Source: Bacteroidales bacterium
GTDB lineage: Bacteria > Bacteroidota > Bacteroidia > Bacteroidales > VadinHA17
Assembly: GCA_035354395.1 (NCBI GenBank)
Contig: DAOQAX010000001.1
Span: 1-57,066, forward strand
Direction: 5' to 3'
Length of the DNA stretch: 57,066 nucleotides
Shown here: positions 8,164-18,542 of the stretch, piece after piece
Numbering within the stretch: position 1 is the first letter of the stretch
Layout of the letters: every line of letters starts with the position of its first letter
Translations under genes and position numbers: made by a program
Notes under the pieces: generated by a model
The model's input: the letters and a program-made list of their open reading frames with translations, nothing else
The model's database searches: none
Told to the model about the DNA's origin: nothing

Positions 8164-9303
8164 CTATACTGACTCAAACCATGTATCAGGATCATCTGCA
8201 TTGTACTTTTCATTTATCCAGAAAAAGGTGTAGAGATCTTCATTGCCTGTATTTGTGATATTATGTGTATACCAGACAGGCATATCAACAAACGAAGGTT
8301 CTTCGCCATCCAGTTCAAAGCTCAGTTTTTTATCAGTTCCTATACGGCGGATTTCAATCGTGGCTTTCCCCTTTATCACAGCAAATCTTTCTGCCTTACG
8401 TGTATGGAAATGATTACCTCTGGTAATTCCAGGGTGTGTGGTTGAGAAAGAGACCTGGCCACCGCTGCTCAGTTTTATTACTTCAATAAACGACCCGCGG
8501 TTATCGGTGTTTTTTACAAGATGAAAGGGATAAAATTTACTATGGTCAATATAACAGACAAATGTATTGAAGAGGTTTTTCTGAAACTCATTATCCAGAG
8601 AGGGCATCTCACCTTTCTCAAAGTATTTCTGTTTGAACTCTTCCAGCAAGTTAAGAATTTGCGACACTTTAATCTCGGCTGTATGTGGCACCCTGACCTG
8701 TTCCACCCGGGCTCCGCTGGACTCCCTTTCAGGGTCTTTCCCGATAATACCCAGAATGAATGCAACAAGTTCGCCTACATAAATGAGCTTTAGTTCGCCG
8801 TCTGTATCAATTCTGGGTTGCTCTCCATGTGTCAGCTGATGGCAAAAAGTTGCAACTACAGAATTATAATATGGGTTCCCAAAAGGGCCATATACATTAG
8901 GAATAATAAGGCCTGTGAATCTGGCTTTATTTGCCGATGCCCAGTTCCCGAGCATTTCGCGCCCTTCTCTTTTGGATTTTCCATAGGGATTATCCCGCTC
9001 TTCCTGGGTAGATGAGGAAAACAGGATATGAGGCCTGGACTCTGTGGTTTCACAGGCTGATATAAGCTTTTTTACCAGTTCAATGTTTGTGCTGTAAATC
9101 ACATTGGGGTCGTTATGCCGGTTCATTGCGGCAAGATGGACAATTACATCGCATTGACTGACAAAATTATTCAGCAGCTCCTGCTTGCTGAAAAATCCAT
9201 CTTCGAATGGTATTCGTGTATACTTGTCCGGAAATAATCCCAAAGTGTTAAATAAGTGAGAGCCTACAAATCCTGCCTGTCCGGTAATTCCTACTCTTAA
9301 CAT
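8164..9303 (-). CDS. fnlB: CapF/FnlB-type bifunctional reductase/epimerase (SDR domain + C-terminal cupin)
   Basis: N-terminal GITGQAGFVGSHL Rossmann motif, DNPYGKSK and YNSVVATFC. C-terminal cupin NRGSFIEVIK...GQVSFSTTHPGITRGNHFHTRKAERF...DPDTWF. The order matches remembered CapF motifs. Confidence 0.85.
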   Translation of the reverse strand: MLRVGITGQAGFVGSHLFNTLGLFPDKYTRIPFEDGFFSKQELLNNFVSQCDVIVHLAAMNRHNDPNVIYSTNIELVKKLISACETTESRPHILFSSSTQEERDNPYGKSKREGREMLGNWASANKARFTGLIIPNVYGPFGNPYYNSVVATFCHQLTHGEQPRIDTDGELKLIYVGELVAFILGIIGKDPERESSGARVEQVRVPHTAEIKVSQILNLLEEFKQKYFEKGEMPSLDNEFQKNLFNTFVCYIDHSKFYPFHLVKNTDNRGSFIEVIKLSSGGQVSFSTTHPGITRGNHFHTRKAERFAVIKGKATIEIRRIGTDKKLSFELDGEEPSFVDMPVWYTHNITNTGNEDLYTFFWINEKYNADDPDTWFESV

Positions 9304-9394
9304 GATAAAATTCCACTTTCTTTTAAAATGGCCATTCCGGCCGGTTATACTTTATGACAAATCATTGAGAGATAGAGCAAGGCTGCTCATTCTG

Positions 9395-10402
9395 TCAGAT
9401 GTTTTCCCGTACAATATCAAGCTTGAGCAATAGTTTCTTCATCCCCTCGATATCAAGTCTCTGTGTGTTATTAGAGTGATAATCTTCAATTAAGGAAATT
9501 TCCTGTTGCCCTGAGTTAAAGAATTTATCATAATTAAGGTCCCTGGTATCACATGTTATCCTGAAGTAATCTCCAAGATCCTCGGCACGCGACATCTCCT
9601 CCCTTGTTACAAGTGTTTCGTAGAGCTTTTCACCATGTCTGGTTCCAATTATTTTGATTTTTGTATCAGTATGCAATAGTTCCATCAGGGCCTGAGCCAG
9701 AACGCTCAATGTTGCTGCCGGAGCCTTTTGAACAAACAGGTCTCCGTTGTTGGCATGCTCAAAGGCGTACAAAACAAGATCCACCGCATCCTCAAGTGTC
9801 ATCATGAAACGGGTCATATTAGGATCTGTTATTGTTATCTCCTCCCCTTTCTTTATCTGATCAATCCATAAAGGGATAACCGAACCACGGGAAGCCATAA
9901 CGTTTCCATACCTGGTGCAGGAAATTGTTGTAGGACCATTTATCCCAAGCTGCCTTCCTTTGGCGACAGCAACTTTTTCCATTAAGGCTTTGCTCATTCC
10001 CATTGCATTAATAGGATAGGCAGCTTTGTCTGTGCTTAAAACCACAATATTCTTTACACCATGTACAATAGCAGAATCAAGGACATTTTCCGTTCCTATC
10101 ACATTTGTTTTCACCGCCTGCATGGGGAAAAATTCACAGGAAGGCACCTGCTTCAGAGCTGCTGCACTGAAAATATAATCTACTCCCGGCATAACTCCAT
10201 CCACACTTCGTTTGTCCCTTACATCACCAATATAAAACTTAACCTTGTCGTTTTGTAACTGATGACGCATATCATCCTGCTTTTTCTCATCACGCGAGAA
10301 AATCCTTATTTCCTTTATGTCTGAGTCAAGAAACCTTTTGAGAACTGCGTTGCCAAAGGACCCTGTTCCACCTGTGATTAAAAGTACTTTATCTTTAAAC
10401 AT
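9395..10402 (-). CDS. fnlA: UDP-GlcNAc 4,6-dehydratase/5-epimerase (CapE/FnlA type)
   Basis: MFKDKVLLITGGTGSFGNAVLKRFLDSDIKEIRIFSRDEKKQDD..., LKQVPSCEFFP, STDKAAYPINAMGMSKA, TRYGNVMASRGSVIPL and GTRHGEK. This is near-collinear with CapE as remembered. Confidence 0.9.
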   Translation of the reverse strand: MFKDKVLLITGGTGSFGNAVLKRFLDSDIKEIRIFSRDEKKQDDMRHQLQNDKVKFYIGDVRDKRSVDGVMPGVDYIFSAAALKQVPSCEFFPMQAVKTNVIGTENVLDSAIVHGVKNIVVLSTDKAAYPINAMGMSKALMEKVAVAKGRQLGINGPTTISCTRYGNVMASRGSVIPLWIDQIKKGEEITITDPNMTRFMMTLEDAVDLVLYAFEHANNGDLFVQKAPAATLSVLAQALMELLHTDTKIKIIGTRHGEKLYETLVTREEMSRAEDLGDYFRITCDTRDLNYDKFFNSGQQEISLIEDYHSNNTQRLDIEGMKKLLLKLDIVRENI

Positions 10403-10434
10403 ATCGTTTATTTTAGTCTTAACCAGAAAACCGT

Positions 10435-11652
10435 TTATTTAAAATTTAATTTATCAATGAAGTCAACTATCCGTTTCATTGATGTTTTATATTCAAGTAA
10501 GTTATATGCTTTATTATAAGCACTTTCAGAAATATCTTTAACCTGATTTTCATTTTCAAGCATCCACTTTATCTTTGATGCAATCGATTCAGGATTTTCA
10601 CTTTCAGCCAAAATGATATCAGCACCATCATAAAAGTAGGTTTTTATGTCACCAAAGTCGGTAGATAACACCGGCTTTTTCAATGCCATATATTCACCTA
10701 GTTTTGTTGGGAATCCTGCGCGTGTCTGAATATTGTTAGGTCGTGTTATTGCAAGAATTTTACATTGTTCCAGGTACAATTTCACTTCCTCATAACTAAC
10801 CAGACCGGTAAAAAAGACCCTGTCCGGTATGCCCATTTTTTCACATTCTTCCTTCAGCCTTGGAATCATGCTTTTTCCAAAAGTAGCATCCCCTATTATG
10901 ATTACAGTAATGTGGAACTGATCTTTTAATAAACAGACAGCTTTAAACAAATCCATTAAACCATCTTTTCCTCCGGGTGTGCCGCTATAACCAATTGTGT
11001 ATTTTTCCTCCACTTCAGAAGGAGCCCAGAGGTCAAAATCCGTCAGGTTTGGTTGAACCATTACCCTGGACTTATCGAATCCTTTACCGGTGTATACTTC
11101 CTGCAAAAACTTGCTGAAAACGATTAACCCGTTGGACAGAGTGTTTAAGTAGTTTAAGGTAAAGCTGAAGTTAAACCAATGTATTTTACCAAGTATGCCC
11201 CGGTAATAGACTTTGTCAAAATACTCAGGAACAAAAGTAATCAGTTTGATTCTAAAGAGCTTAGCCGTTGAATACAGGAGCAATGCCTGGAAAAAGTCTA
11301 TATGGTAAACCAAAATTGTTACCCTTTTTCTTTTAAACAGCAGAGGAGGAAGAACAAGGAACAAATGAAGGAAACTCAGGAAATCATCAAGAACCTTCAG
11401 AATGCTGTTCTCAGGCCTTAATGTAAGCCCCATGTGAGAATATTTTACGCCGAAAGAGGTTTCTCCTTTCCTTAATACTTTTTCATTAAAATTTCCAAAT
11501 GCAAAACCCTTTGTCAGATAAACCCGCACGGAATGTCCATGAGATATTACCCCTTTACAAAACAAAGACAGATATGCTGCACCGGCTCCACCAGTAGGGA
11601 AATTTTGTGATGTTACCAGTATATATTCCTGGTTTTTACTACTATTAATCAT
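10435..11652 (-). CDS. GT-B (GT4-like) glycosyltransferase, possibly a WbuB-like L-FucNAc transferase
   Basis: 405 aa with C-terminal GFPTKLGEYMALKKPVLSTDFGD, an E-x7-E-like region. It sits immediately upstream of fnlA, as WbuB-type enzymes do in FucNAc loci. The donor sugar is inference. Confidence 0.65.
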   Translation of the reverse strand: MINSSKNQEYILVTSQNFPTGGAGAAYLSLFCKGVISHGHSVRVYLTKGFAFGNFNEKVLRKGETSFGVKYSHMGLTLRPENSILKVLDDFLSFLHLFLVLPPLLFKRKRVTILVYHIDFFQALLLYSTAKLFRIKLITFVPEYFDKVYYRGILGKIHWFNFSFTLNYLNTLSNGLIVFSKFLQEVYTGKGFDKSRVMVQPNLTDFDLWAPSEVEEKYTIGYSGTPGGKDGLMDLFKAVCLLKDQFHITVIIIGDATFGKSMIPRLKEECEKMGIPDRVFFTGLVSYEEVKLYLEQCKILAITRPNNIQTRAGFPTKLGEYMALKKPVLSTDFGDIKTYFYDGADIILAESENPESIASKIKWMLENENQVKDISESAYNKAYNLLEYKTSMKRIVDFIDKLNFK

Positions 11653-11863
11653 ATTTATTACAGAAATCTTAACTCAATTAATCGTCTTATTCCTGGGTAA
11701 ACATACCATCTGACTCTGGTCCTTTTGTGGTAAAATTAACCTTTCCCACAAAACCGGATTATAAAATTAACAAGAATAAGTTTAGCAACCGCTATAAAAA
11801 AATCTTCTTTTGCTCGCCTGCTTCAGGATTGACGTCGGATGAACCTGTTAAATAAATACCGGA

Positions 11864-13207
11864 TCAAGCATCCTTGTCAATTTTAAGAGAGTTAACAATA
11901 CACTGTCTGAACTCCTCCCGAACAATATTGGCATCTTCGCGGCTTAATGCCAGAGACTTAGCCCTTTCCCCAAGCTCCTTCCTCAGTTCCGGTTTTAAAT
12001 AAAGTTTCAGTATTGCATTTTCGAGTAGCTGATCGTTTCTCTCATTTAATAAATATGCCCATTTGTCTTTTTCTGCATATTTTGATGTAGAGGTATCATT
12101 TGGAGCATATACTAAAACAGGGGTGCCGGATATCATATATTCAGAGATCTTCGTCTGGAATGAATATTTTAGAAACCTGATGCTTTTCTTGTCGAAATCA
12201 ATAGGCAAAACCAGAAGATCTGCCGATGCAAATTTTTTGGGCAATTCAGAATATGGCAATGGCTTTGTCCATATAATGTTGTTATTAAACGGCACCTTTC
12301 CATTAAGATCAGCGCCATCGGGGGATAGTATTTCGAAATTAATATCAGGGTATTTCGATGACATTGAGTTTACGACTCTTGCCACATCAACAACTGAATC
12401 CTTCATCCCTAAACCAATACGGCCGGCATACAACACTTTGAACTTCCCATCACACGACCAGTCATTTTTGCTGTAAGGAAGCCACCTTTCCACATCTATA
12501 GGATTATGAAACGGTGTGAAGTCGCGCTTGTATCTTCTCCTGTATTCCTGGCTCATTGCCTCTCCTATGCTCATAAGCAGGGTTGACCTACCAATCAACT
12601 TTTCCAGTTCTGTTTCAGTTTTTCTTCTCCAGTAAAAATCTAATAATCCGAACTTGCCTGAAATTTTGATCCAGTCATCCATAAAATGCAGTGCAACAGG
12701 TGTTTTTAAAGTTTCAGCGATCTCAGAAACCATCTGAATCGAGTTAAGGGATGCAGGCTGAAAATATATAATATCGGGGTTAAACTCCGATATCCAGTTC
12801 AAAAAGTCCCTGTCAACTTTTGCCTTATAAAGAGGTATCAGGATTCCTAAAAAATGCAATATACTCTGAACAATATTGTAAGTCTTCTTAAATCTGCCGG
12901 GCACTGCCTCAGATTGAGAGCCCTGACCATTTGATTTCTGAAAAACAACGGGGCCGCAATTTATCTTTGGCAAAACAATATTTAAAGGGAACGGATGAAG
13001 TTTTCCATTGTATCCCAGCTGATAATAGTTTTCACAGATTTTTGTATCAGCCTCTGCCAGTATATTAGCAAATGAGGCGAGAGCGATTCTGTCTTTCGGC
13101 CAATTAAGGAATAAATTTGACATTGTTATTCCCCCACCTGATTTATTATTAAATGGCGTTCCCAAAATTAAGACTTTGGGGAAGTACTTTGTGTCTTGTG
13201 CATTCAT
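11864..13207 (-). CDS. Glycosyltransferase (GT-B fold, GT4-like C-terminal half)
   Basis: 447 aa. N-terminal KVLILGTPFNNKSGGGITMSNL and C-terminal FQTKISEYMISGTPVLVYAP, a sugar-nucleotide-binding type motif. Confidence 0.6.
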   Translation of the reverse strand: MNAQDTKYFPKVLILGTPFNNKSGGGITMSNLFLNWPKDRIALASFANILAEADTKICENYYQLGYNGKLHPFPLNIVLPKINCGPVVFQKSNGQGSQSEAVPGRFKKTYNIVQSILHFLGILIPLYKAKVDRDFLNWISEFNPDIIYFQPASLNSIQMVSEIAETLKTPVALHFMDDWIKISGKFGLLDFYWRRKTETELEKLIGRSTLLMSIGEAMSQEYRRRYKRDFTPFHNPIDVERWLPYSKNDWSCDGKFKVLYAGRIGLGMKDSVVDVARVVNSMSSKYPDINFEILSPDGADLNGKVPFNNNIIWTKPLPYSELPKKFASADLLVLPIDFDKKSIRFLKYSFQTKISEYMISGTPVLVYAPNDTSTSKYAEKDKWAYLLNERNDQLLENAILKLYLKPELRKELGERAKSLALSREDANIVREEFRQCIVNSLKIDKDA

Positions 13208-13280
13208 GTATACAAAACCTTTAAATTATTTACCGGCAGAATAAATGGGTAATATGATTTATTTAATACCTGATAAAAAG

Positions 13281-14540
13281 TCAGGAATTCCATTCTTTAT
13301 AGACCTCTTCATCAGTCATATCACGGATTTCTTTATTGAAGCATATTCCGATTGATATCCAGATAATGACATAGCTTAAAATAAACCAGTTAATGGTAAT
13401 TGGATAAGAATATAAGAGGAATAGCAAAATCCATGTGCTTGCTGCTTTGCAGAGCATGTTTTTTGAAGCGAAATAGCCTTTAAAGACAGCTGGCAATGCA
13501 AATAAAGCGAAGAGGAATAAACTGATAATTCCTCCGCGGAAAATAACCTGCAGATATCCTGTTTCAATTGTGTTTCTATAAACGGTGATCCTATAGCCTT
13601 CGTCAATGTTAGGACAATAATAATAGCCATCTATACCTTTCCCGATAATCCAGTCTTTAGGTGACATGTCGTTATAGAATGCCCTTTCAACACCCTTTCT
13701 GGTATCTTCATCCATCCTGGAGTTTAAGTTTCCAAAGAAACCATTCCGCTCAACCGCATAAAACACAGCTGTGCCTCCGACCAATAGGAAGATTGCCATT
13801 GCTGAAAGAACAAATTTGAATAGCTTGTCCTTATTATAAATCAGCTGCATTATAAATGCACTGAGTAGCATTGTTGCAATTACAAAAGACAATCCTCTTC
13901 TTGCCCTGACAATTGTAAAATAGAGAGCCAAAAGCATAACGACCACTGCCATTATGTTAACCTTCTTAGAGTTATAAAGATATGTCAGCAAGATAAAGCC
14001 ACAAGGTATAGCAAGACATAATACCAGCCAATCAACGGCTCCGGTAGCATTTCTGATTCCGGTTACTGCATACATCAACACATCCCACACCCGTATACTG
14101 CCAATTATAAAGAAGAGGCCCGATACTAATATCACTACGATAATTTTCCTGAAATATTTCACTTTAAGGGGGAAGAGGAGAATTAATGGTATCAGGTACA
14201 TGAATAACCCATCGTTGCTGTATACAAGAAGCCTTTTAATAAACTCAAAATTCAGATTAAACCCGTTGCATATGATAACAAAATACCATAACAAAGTCAT
14301 TATCAGAACAGACTTTACATATGGATTTACAGTTCTCCAGCTTATGAGTTTGAAAGACGCCGACGCAAATATTACCATACCCACTAACTGGATAACCTGT
14401 AATGTATATACAAACCACTGCGTCTTTGAAGGAAAAACAAATGCAATTGAATATAGACAAAACCCAAGCCAGAAAAAATTCAATGGGGAACTTTCCGGAT
14501 TATCAGTTATTGTTGTCGTATCGTTGCTCATATTAATCAA
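13281..14540 (-). CDS. wzy: O-antigen ligase / Wzy_C-family polytopic membrane protein (putative polymerase)
   Basis: 419 aa with about 10-11 predicted helices. It has the basic loop VRARRGLSF typical of the Wzy_C family and lies next to wzx. Confidence 0.6.
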   Translation of the reverse strand: MINMSNDTTTITDNPESSPLNFFWLGFCLYSIAFVFPSKTQWFVYTLQVIQLVGMVIFASASFKLISWRTVNPYVKSVLIMTLLWYFVIICNGFNLNFEFIKRLLVYSNDGLFMYLIPLILLFPLKVKYFRKIIVVILVSGLFFIIGSIRVWDVLMYAVTGIRNATGAVDWLVLCLAIPCGFILLTYLYNSKKVNIMAVVVMLLALYFTIVRARRGLSFVIATMLLSAFIMQLIYNKDKLFKFVLSAMAIFLLVGGTAVFYAVERNGFFGNLNSRMDEDTRKGVERAFYNDMSPKDWIIGKGIDGYYYCPNIDEGYRITVYRNTIETGYLQVIFRGGIISLFLFALFALPAVFKGYFASKNMLCKAASTWILLFLLYSYPITINWFILSYVIIWISIGICFNKEIRDMTDEEVYKEWNS

Positions 14541-14631
14541 GGTTGTTACATGGGAAAATACAAATAACCATTAGTGTCAGGAACAAAGGCAGCATTCAAT
14601 TGCAAAAATTTAAATGATTATACTGCTGACT

Positions 14632-15996
14632 TCATTTGTTCCATAGGCCGGATGCTCTTCCATTTATTATTTTTTTAAATTGATACGTAGCCCATATGAT
14701 ATTGATAATATTGAATAACACGTTGGCATAAATCACGCCACTTACTCCAAATACCTTACATAGCAGGATTGCAGCAGGTATATATAAGATTATGCTCCAG
14801 ATACCTGCATAAAGTTGCATTTGAATTTTCCCTACCCCGTTAAGGAACTGAGAGTAAAGTATAAAATATGAATAAGTGATTACATATAATGCTAAAGAGA
14901 GCGAGATGGTGAATGGCACTTTTATCTGTGAGCCTACCCAGAGGCGGAAAACGAAATTTGCCAGAACTAACATAGCAATAGCTCCCAGGCATAACAACAT
15001 CCAGTATTTTCTCAGCTTATTCATAACATCGCGGATCCAGTCAACATCCTTAGTTACCCAAGCTTCGGTTATTGCACTCCATATTGGTGAAACCAGGATC
15101 CACCAGAGCATTATCACAACGTTAAAATAGCGATATGCGATATTAAATTTCGTAACATCCTCGGGGCCAAACAACTGAGCAATTATAATATTACTGGCCT
15201 GAATCATAATCAATAGGGAGACCTGTATCACAAAAAATTTAATGCCTAATCCCATTAAATCTTTTGAATATTTAAACTTCACATACTTTATTGAAGGTGC
15301 ATAATCCTTAAACTTCTTCTTATATAGAAAAATGCTGGTGATGAAATAGACAATAACCGGTGATATGCTTATAGCCAAACCTGCCAACAGAAGGCTCCCT
15401 GATGTAGTCTTTGTTAAAATGTAAATAATTATCATCGCCAGAAAGTTGTTCAAAAACCCCAGAAAGGCGGTCTTTTCTGCTTCCTGGTTTGCTGTTAAGA
15501 CAACATTTATTAGCTGGAAAATAATCTGAAGGCAGAAAAAAGTAACAACTATCAACGCCAGCCTGCTTAGTTCTACCGACATATTTTCCGGCGCGTTGAG
15601 AATTTTCACCCAGTTAAGTACAGGATTTATTGCAAAGAACAGGATAAAAATGAACCCAAAAATAACAGCAATAAGAGCATAAGTTGTACTAACGTAAGTC
15701 CTTGCAAGTTCATATTCCTTTTTGGCAACAGCTTCTGCAAATTTGTTCCTCATGCCATTCCCCAATCCAATATCGAAATATGCCAGCCATGCTATTATAG
15801 AGCTTATTGTGATCCATACCCCGTATCTTTCAGTATTCAGATAACCAATGCAGAGGGGTACCAGTAACAATGTTGTTGCAATGCTTAATCCTCTGAATAA
15901 AATTGAGGATACAATTGTTTTCTTGGCTCTTATACTACGGGCATGCCCACTGTTTAAGAAAGAATTGATGGGATTAATTATGTAATTTTTAATCAT
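14632..15996 (-). CDS. wzx: Wzx-type flippase (MOP superfamily polysaccharide biosynthesis protein)
   Basis: 454 aa, about 12-14 hydrophobic helices, basic N-terminus (SGHARSIRAKKT), located in a polysaccharide locus. Confidence 0.75.
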   Translation of the reverse strand: MIKNYIINPINSFLNSGHARSIRAKKTIVSSILFRGLSIATTLLLVPLCIGYLNTERYGVWITISSIIAWLAYFDIGLGNGMRNKFAEAVAKKEYELARTYVSTTYALIAVIFGFIFILFFAINPVLNWVKILNAPENMSVELSRLALIVVTFFCLQIIFQLINVVLTANQEAEKTAFLGFLNNFLAMIIIYILTKTTSGSLLLAGLAISISPVIVYFITSIFLYKKKFKDYAPSIKYVKFKYSKDLMGLGIKFFVIQVSLLIMIQASNIIIAQLFGPEDVTKFNIAYRYFNVVIMLWWILVSPIWSAITEAWVTKDVDWIRDVMNKLRKYWMLLCLGAIAMLVLANFVFRLWVGSQIKVPFTISLSLALYVITYSYFILYSQFLNGVGKIQMQLYAGIWSIILYIPAAILLCKVFGVSGVIYANVLFNIINIIWATYQFKKIINGRASGLWNK

Positions 15997-16102
15997 TTAA
16001 GGATTGAGTATTTCTAATTGAAAACAAATATAGCAATTATGTGGTCTCTGTCAGGTGCCGGAGGAATACAAGAATCAAAGGTCCCTGACAGCCTAAAAAA
16101 AA

Positions 16103-17716
16103 TCATCTGTTTTCTGGCCGTTTGGTTCCTTCAATGGTCTCATAACATCCTATATTTGGTCTGTTACCAACTTTCACACCGTCAAAGTCCAACAAATTAT
16201 CTTCAATTTTCACACCTGCTCTTATTGCAGGGGAATTTCGTTTCAGGTGAAAATTATTTTGTGTACAGAATTTTGGATCGTCTTTTAGATTTCCGTCATT
16301 AATGAAATTTGTGGGAGTTATCTTTACAAGTTCAATGTTATTATAGCTGCCATTCTTAAAAAGAATGTTATTGCGTATAGTTAAATGATCAACTGTCTGT
16401 CCCTCACTCCCATTACCATATATAGCGGCATAGTCAAATCCCTGAAAAATATTATTTGAGATATTAATATGATCAGCCTTGCCTATTGTAAATATAGCCA
16501 CACCAAAGAGATTGCGCTGTTTTTCAGGTACATAAAAAACATTATTGTAGATAGAAATATTAGATGCGACTCGTTTCACACCATGATTTAGGTTATAGAT
16601 TGCGTAATCAGAGATATTTCTGATAATATTATATCTTATTGTAATGTTCTTTGTGCTGCCACCGGGAGATGGAGTAAATACAATTCCTTCTTTTACATTT
16701 CTTATAAGGTTTCTTTCAATCAGCACATTATCGGTATTGAATTCCAGATAAATTCCTGTAGTATTAGGTACGATAGCAGTATCTGCAGGTCCAATAATAT
16801 TATTATATACTTTGACTCCATAACCATAATTACCGGGTAATACTGAAAGAGGATTACCACCCCGTGATGGGTTTGCACAAAGGTCAATTCCGCCGGTCAT
16901 TGTGTTATTGTAAATTTCACAGCCTCCCTCTATTGCCCATAACTCCATCGAAAAATCATAATATGCGTAATTTGTGGTATCCACCGCCCGTACAAATGTG
17001 TTATTATAAATTTTCATCCCCCTGAAATGGCCGTTTGAATAATACTTAAGGTTATAGCCGTTTCTACGGTAACTACGTGATGTCTGGATAAAGGAGTTAT
17101 TATATATCAGAATTCCATCCTGTCCTCCGATCATAAGCTGACCCTGACCGTTCTCAGCCGAGTAGTCAGAGCAATCGTTAAATGTGCAGTCGTGCACAGA
17201 GTTACCGGTAGCATAAATTTGCGGTGCATCGGCCTGAGACACGGTCCCGCTTATGATTATTCCCTGGAAAAAGAAATGTTCAACAGTAACATGATGTATC
17301 TCAACATTGCTTCTTGCATTGACCTGGACTGCCTGCCATGCTGTCGCATTGCCACCATCGAGTTTTACATAACTAAGCGATTGATTTCCTTTTGTCCCTT
17401 CCCTTGAGGAATGATACAAAAGGGTAATACCCCATTGTCCGGTTATGTTAGAGTGAATTATTGATGTTTCTCCGGCACCGGTTATGTTAACGCCCTCCGG
17501 GACTCTCACCTGTATGTCAATATTATGCGTTCCGGGAAGCAGATAGATTGTATCGCCTCTTTCCACGTTGCCAACAGCAAAAACGAGAGTGGCCCATGGG
17601 CTGTCTTTGGTCCCTGGGTTACTGTTCTTGCCGTTTGTTGCAGCGACATAGTATGTTTTCTGTGCCTGACATAGACAGCATACTGATAATATCAGAACGA
17701 TCAGAGTTGCCCTCAT
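16103..17716 (-). CDS. Secreted right-handed parallel beta-helix protein (pectate-lyase fold; glycanase, lyase or epimerase candidate)
   Basis: Signal peptide MRATLIVLILSVCCLCQAQ. Start YYVAATNGKNSNPGTKDSPWATL is typical of DUF1565/beta-helix proteins. Repeated rungs: IYNNSF, IYNNTF, VYNNII, IRYNII, IYNNVF, ISNNIF, IRNNIL. Confidence 0.7.
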   Translation of the reverse strand: MRATLIVLILSVCCLCQAQKTYYVAATNGKNSNPGTKDSPWATLVFAVGNVERGDTIYLLPGTHNIDIQVRVPEGVNITGAGETSIIHSNITGQWGITLLYHSSREGTKGNQSLSYVKLDGGNATAWQAVQVNARSNVEIHHVTVEHFFFQGIIISGTVSQADAPQIYATGNSVHDCTFNDCSDYSAENGQGQLMIGGQDGILIYNNSFIQTSRSYRRNGYNLKYYSNGHFRGMKIYNNTFVRAVDTTNYAYYDFSMELWAIEGGCEIYNNTMTGGIDLCANPSRGGNPLSVLPGNYGYGVKVYNNIIGPADTAIVPNTTGIYLEFNTDNVLIERNLIRNVKEGIVFTPSPGGSTKNITIRYNIIRNISDYAIYNLNHGVKRVASNISIYNNVFYVPEKQRNLFGVAIFTIGKADHINISNNIFQGFDYAAIYGNGSEGQTVDHLTIRNNILFKNGSYNNIELVKITPTNFINDGNLKDDPKFCTQNNFHLKRNSPAIRAGVKIEDNLLDFDGVKVGNRPNIGCYETIEGTKRPENR

Positions 17717-17776
17717 AATTCAGTTTATATCAAACCTGTTATTTTTCATCGCGATTAAGATAAAGCCATGGTTATA

Positions 17777-18514
17777 CTAGGCTCCTCTGAACTTTCTCTT
17801 TAAAACGAGAAAGATGAATTTAGAATTTCCTACCAGGTAGCGCTTCCACATCCTCCCTGGCTCCTGCAGGAATCTGTAAAACCATTCCAATCCCATTCTT
17901 TGCATCCAGGAAGGAGCACGTTTGGTAACTCCGGAAACAACATCAAAGGTTCCTCCTACTCCCATTGTAAAGTTCACCCCTTTAAGCAATTCCCGGTTTT
18001 CATAAAGGAATATCTCCTTTTTAGGTGAAGTTATTGCCACGAATAACATCTGGGCACCACTCTGAGCAATCGATCTGGCTATTTCGGTGCCTTCCGGCTG
18101 AGTAAAATATCCATTCCTGTAACCGGCAATAATACTTTCGCCATATTTATTAGAATAGATCTCAACGACCTTTTTAACAACCTCCTCCCTGGCACCAAAA
18201 AAATAACACTTATAATTGTTTTCCGAGGCAAGCTTTACCAGCTCTTCCATCAGGTCAATCCCGGTTACACGACAGGGTAGTTTTTTACCTAGAAATCTTG
18301 CAGCCCATACAATACTTTGACCATCAGCATTTATCAGGTCACAGTTGGCAACGCTATCGTACAGCTCTTTATCATGCTGCATAGCCACAACTTTGCCAGC
18401 ATTTATAACAACATGATTTATCTTTTTGCCTGTCTTAATAGCCTGGTCAATAACAGCGACCGTCTCTTGCATTGTCAGGGCATCAACAGGGATCCCAAGG
18501 AAATCGATTCTCAT
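17777..18514 (-). CDS. WecG/TagA/CpsF-family (GT26) glycosyltransferase
   Basis: 245 aa with INADGQSIVWAARFLG, MLFVAITSPKKEIF and MGVGGTFDVVSG..KRAPSWMQRMGLEWFYRFLQEPGRMWKRY. Confidence 0.85.
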   Translation of the reverse strand: MRIDFLGIPVDALTMQETVAVIDQAIKTGKKINHVVINAGKVVAMQHDKELYDSVANCDLINADGQSIVWAARFLGKKLPCRVTGIDLMEELVKLASENNYKCYFFGAREEVVKKVVEIYSNKYGESIIAGYRNGYFTQPEGTEIARSIAQSGAQMLFVAITSPKKEIFLYENRELLKGVNFTMGVGGTFDVVSGVTKRAPSWMQRMGLEWFYRFLQEPGRMWKRYLVGNSKFIFLVLKRKFRGA

Positions 18515-18542
18515 AATTTTTCTTTTTTAAATTAACGGAAAC

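Noticed and set aside
16048-16091. 8-bp inverted repeat CTGTCAGG / CCTGACAG just downstream of the beta-helix gene, considered as a terminator
   Set aside because: On the transcribed (minus) strand the T-run precedes the hairpin rather than following it, and the loop is 28 nt. This does not fit an intrinsic terminator.
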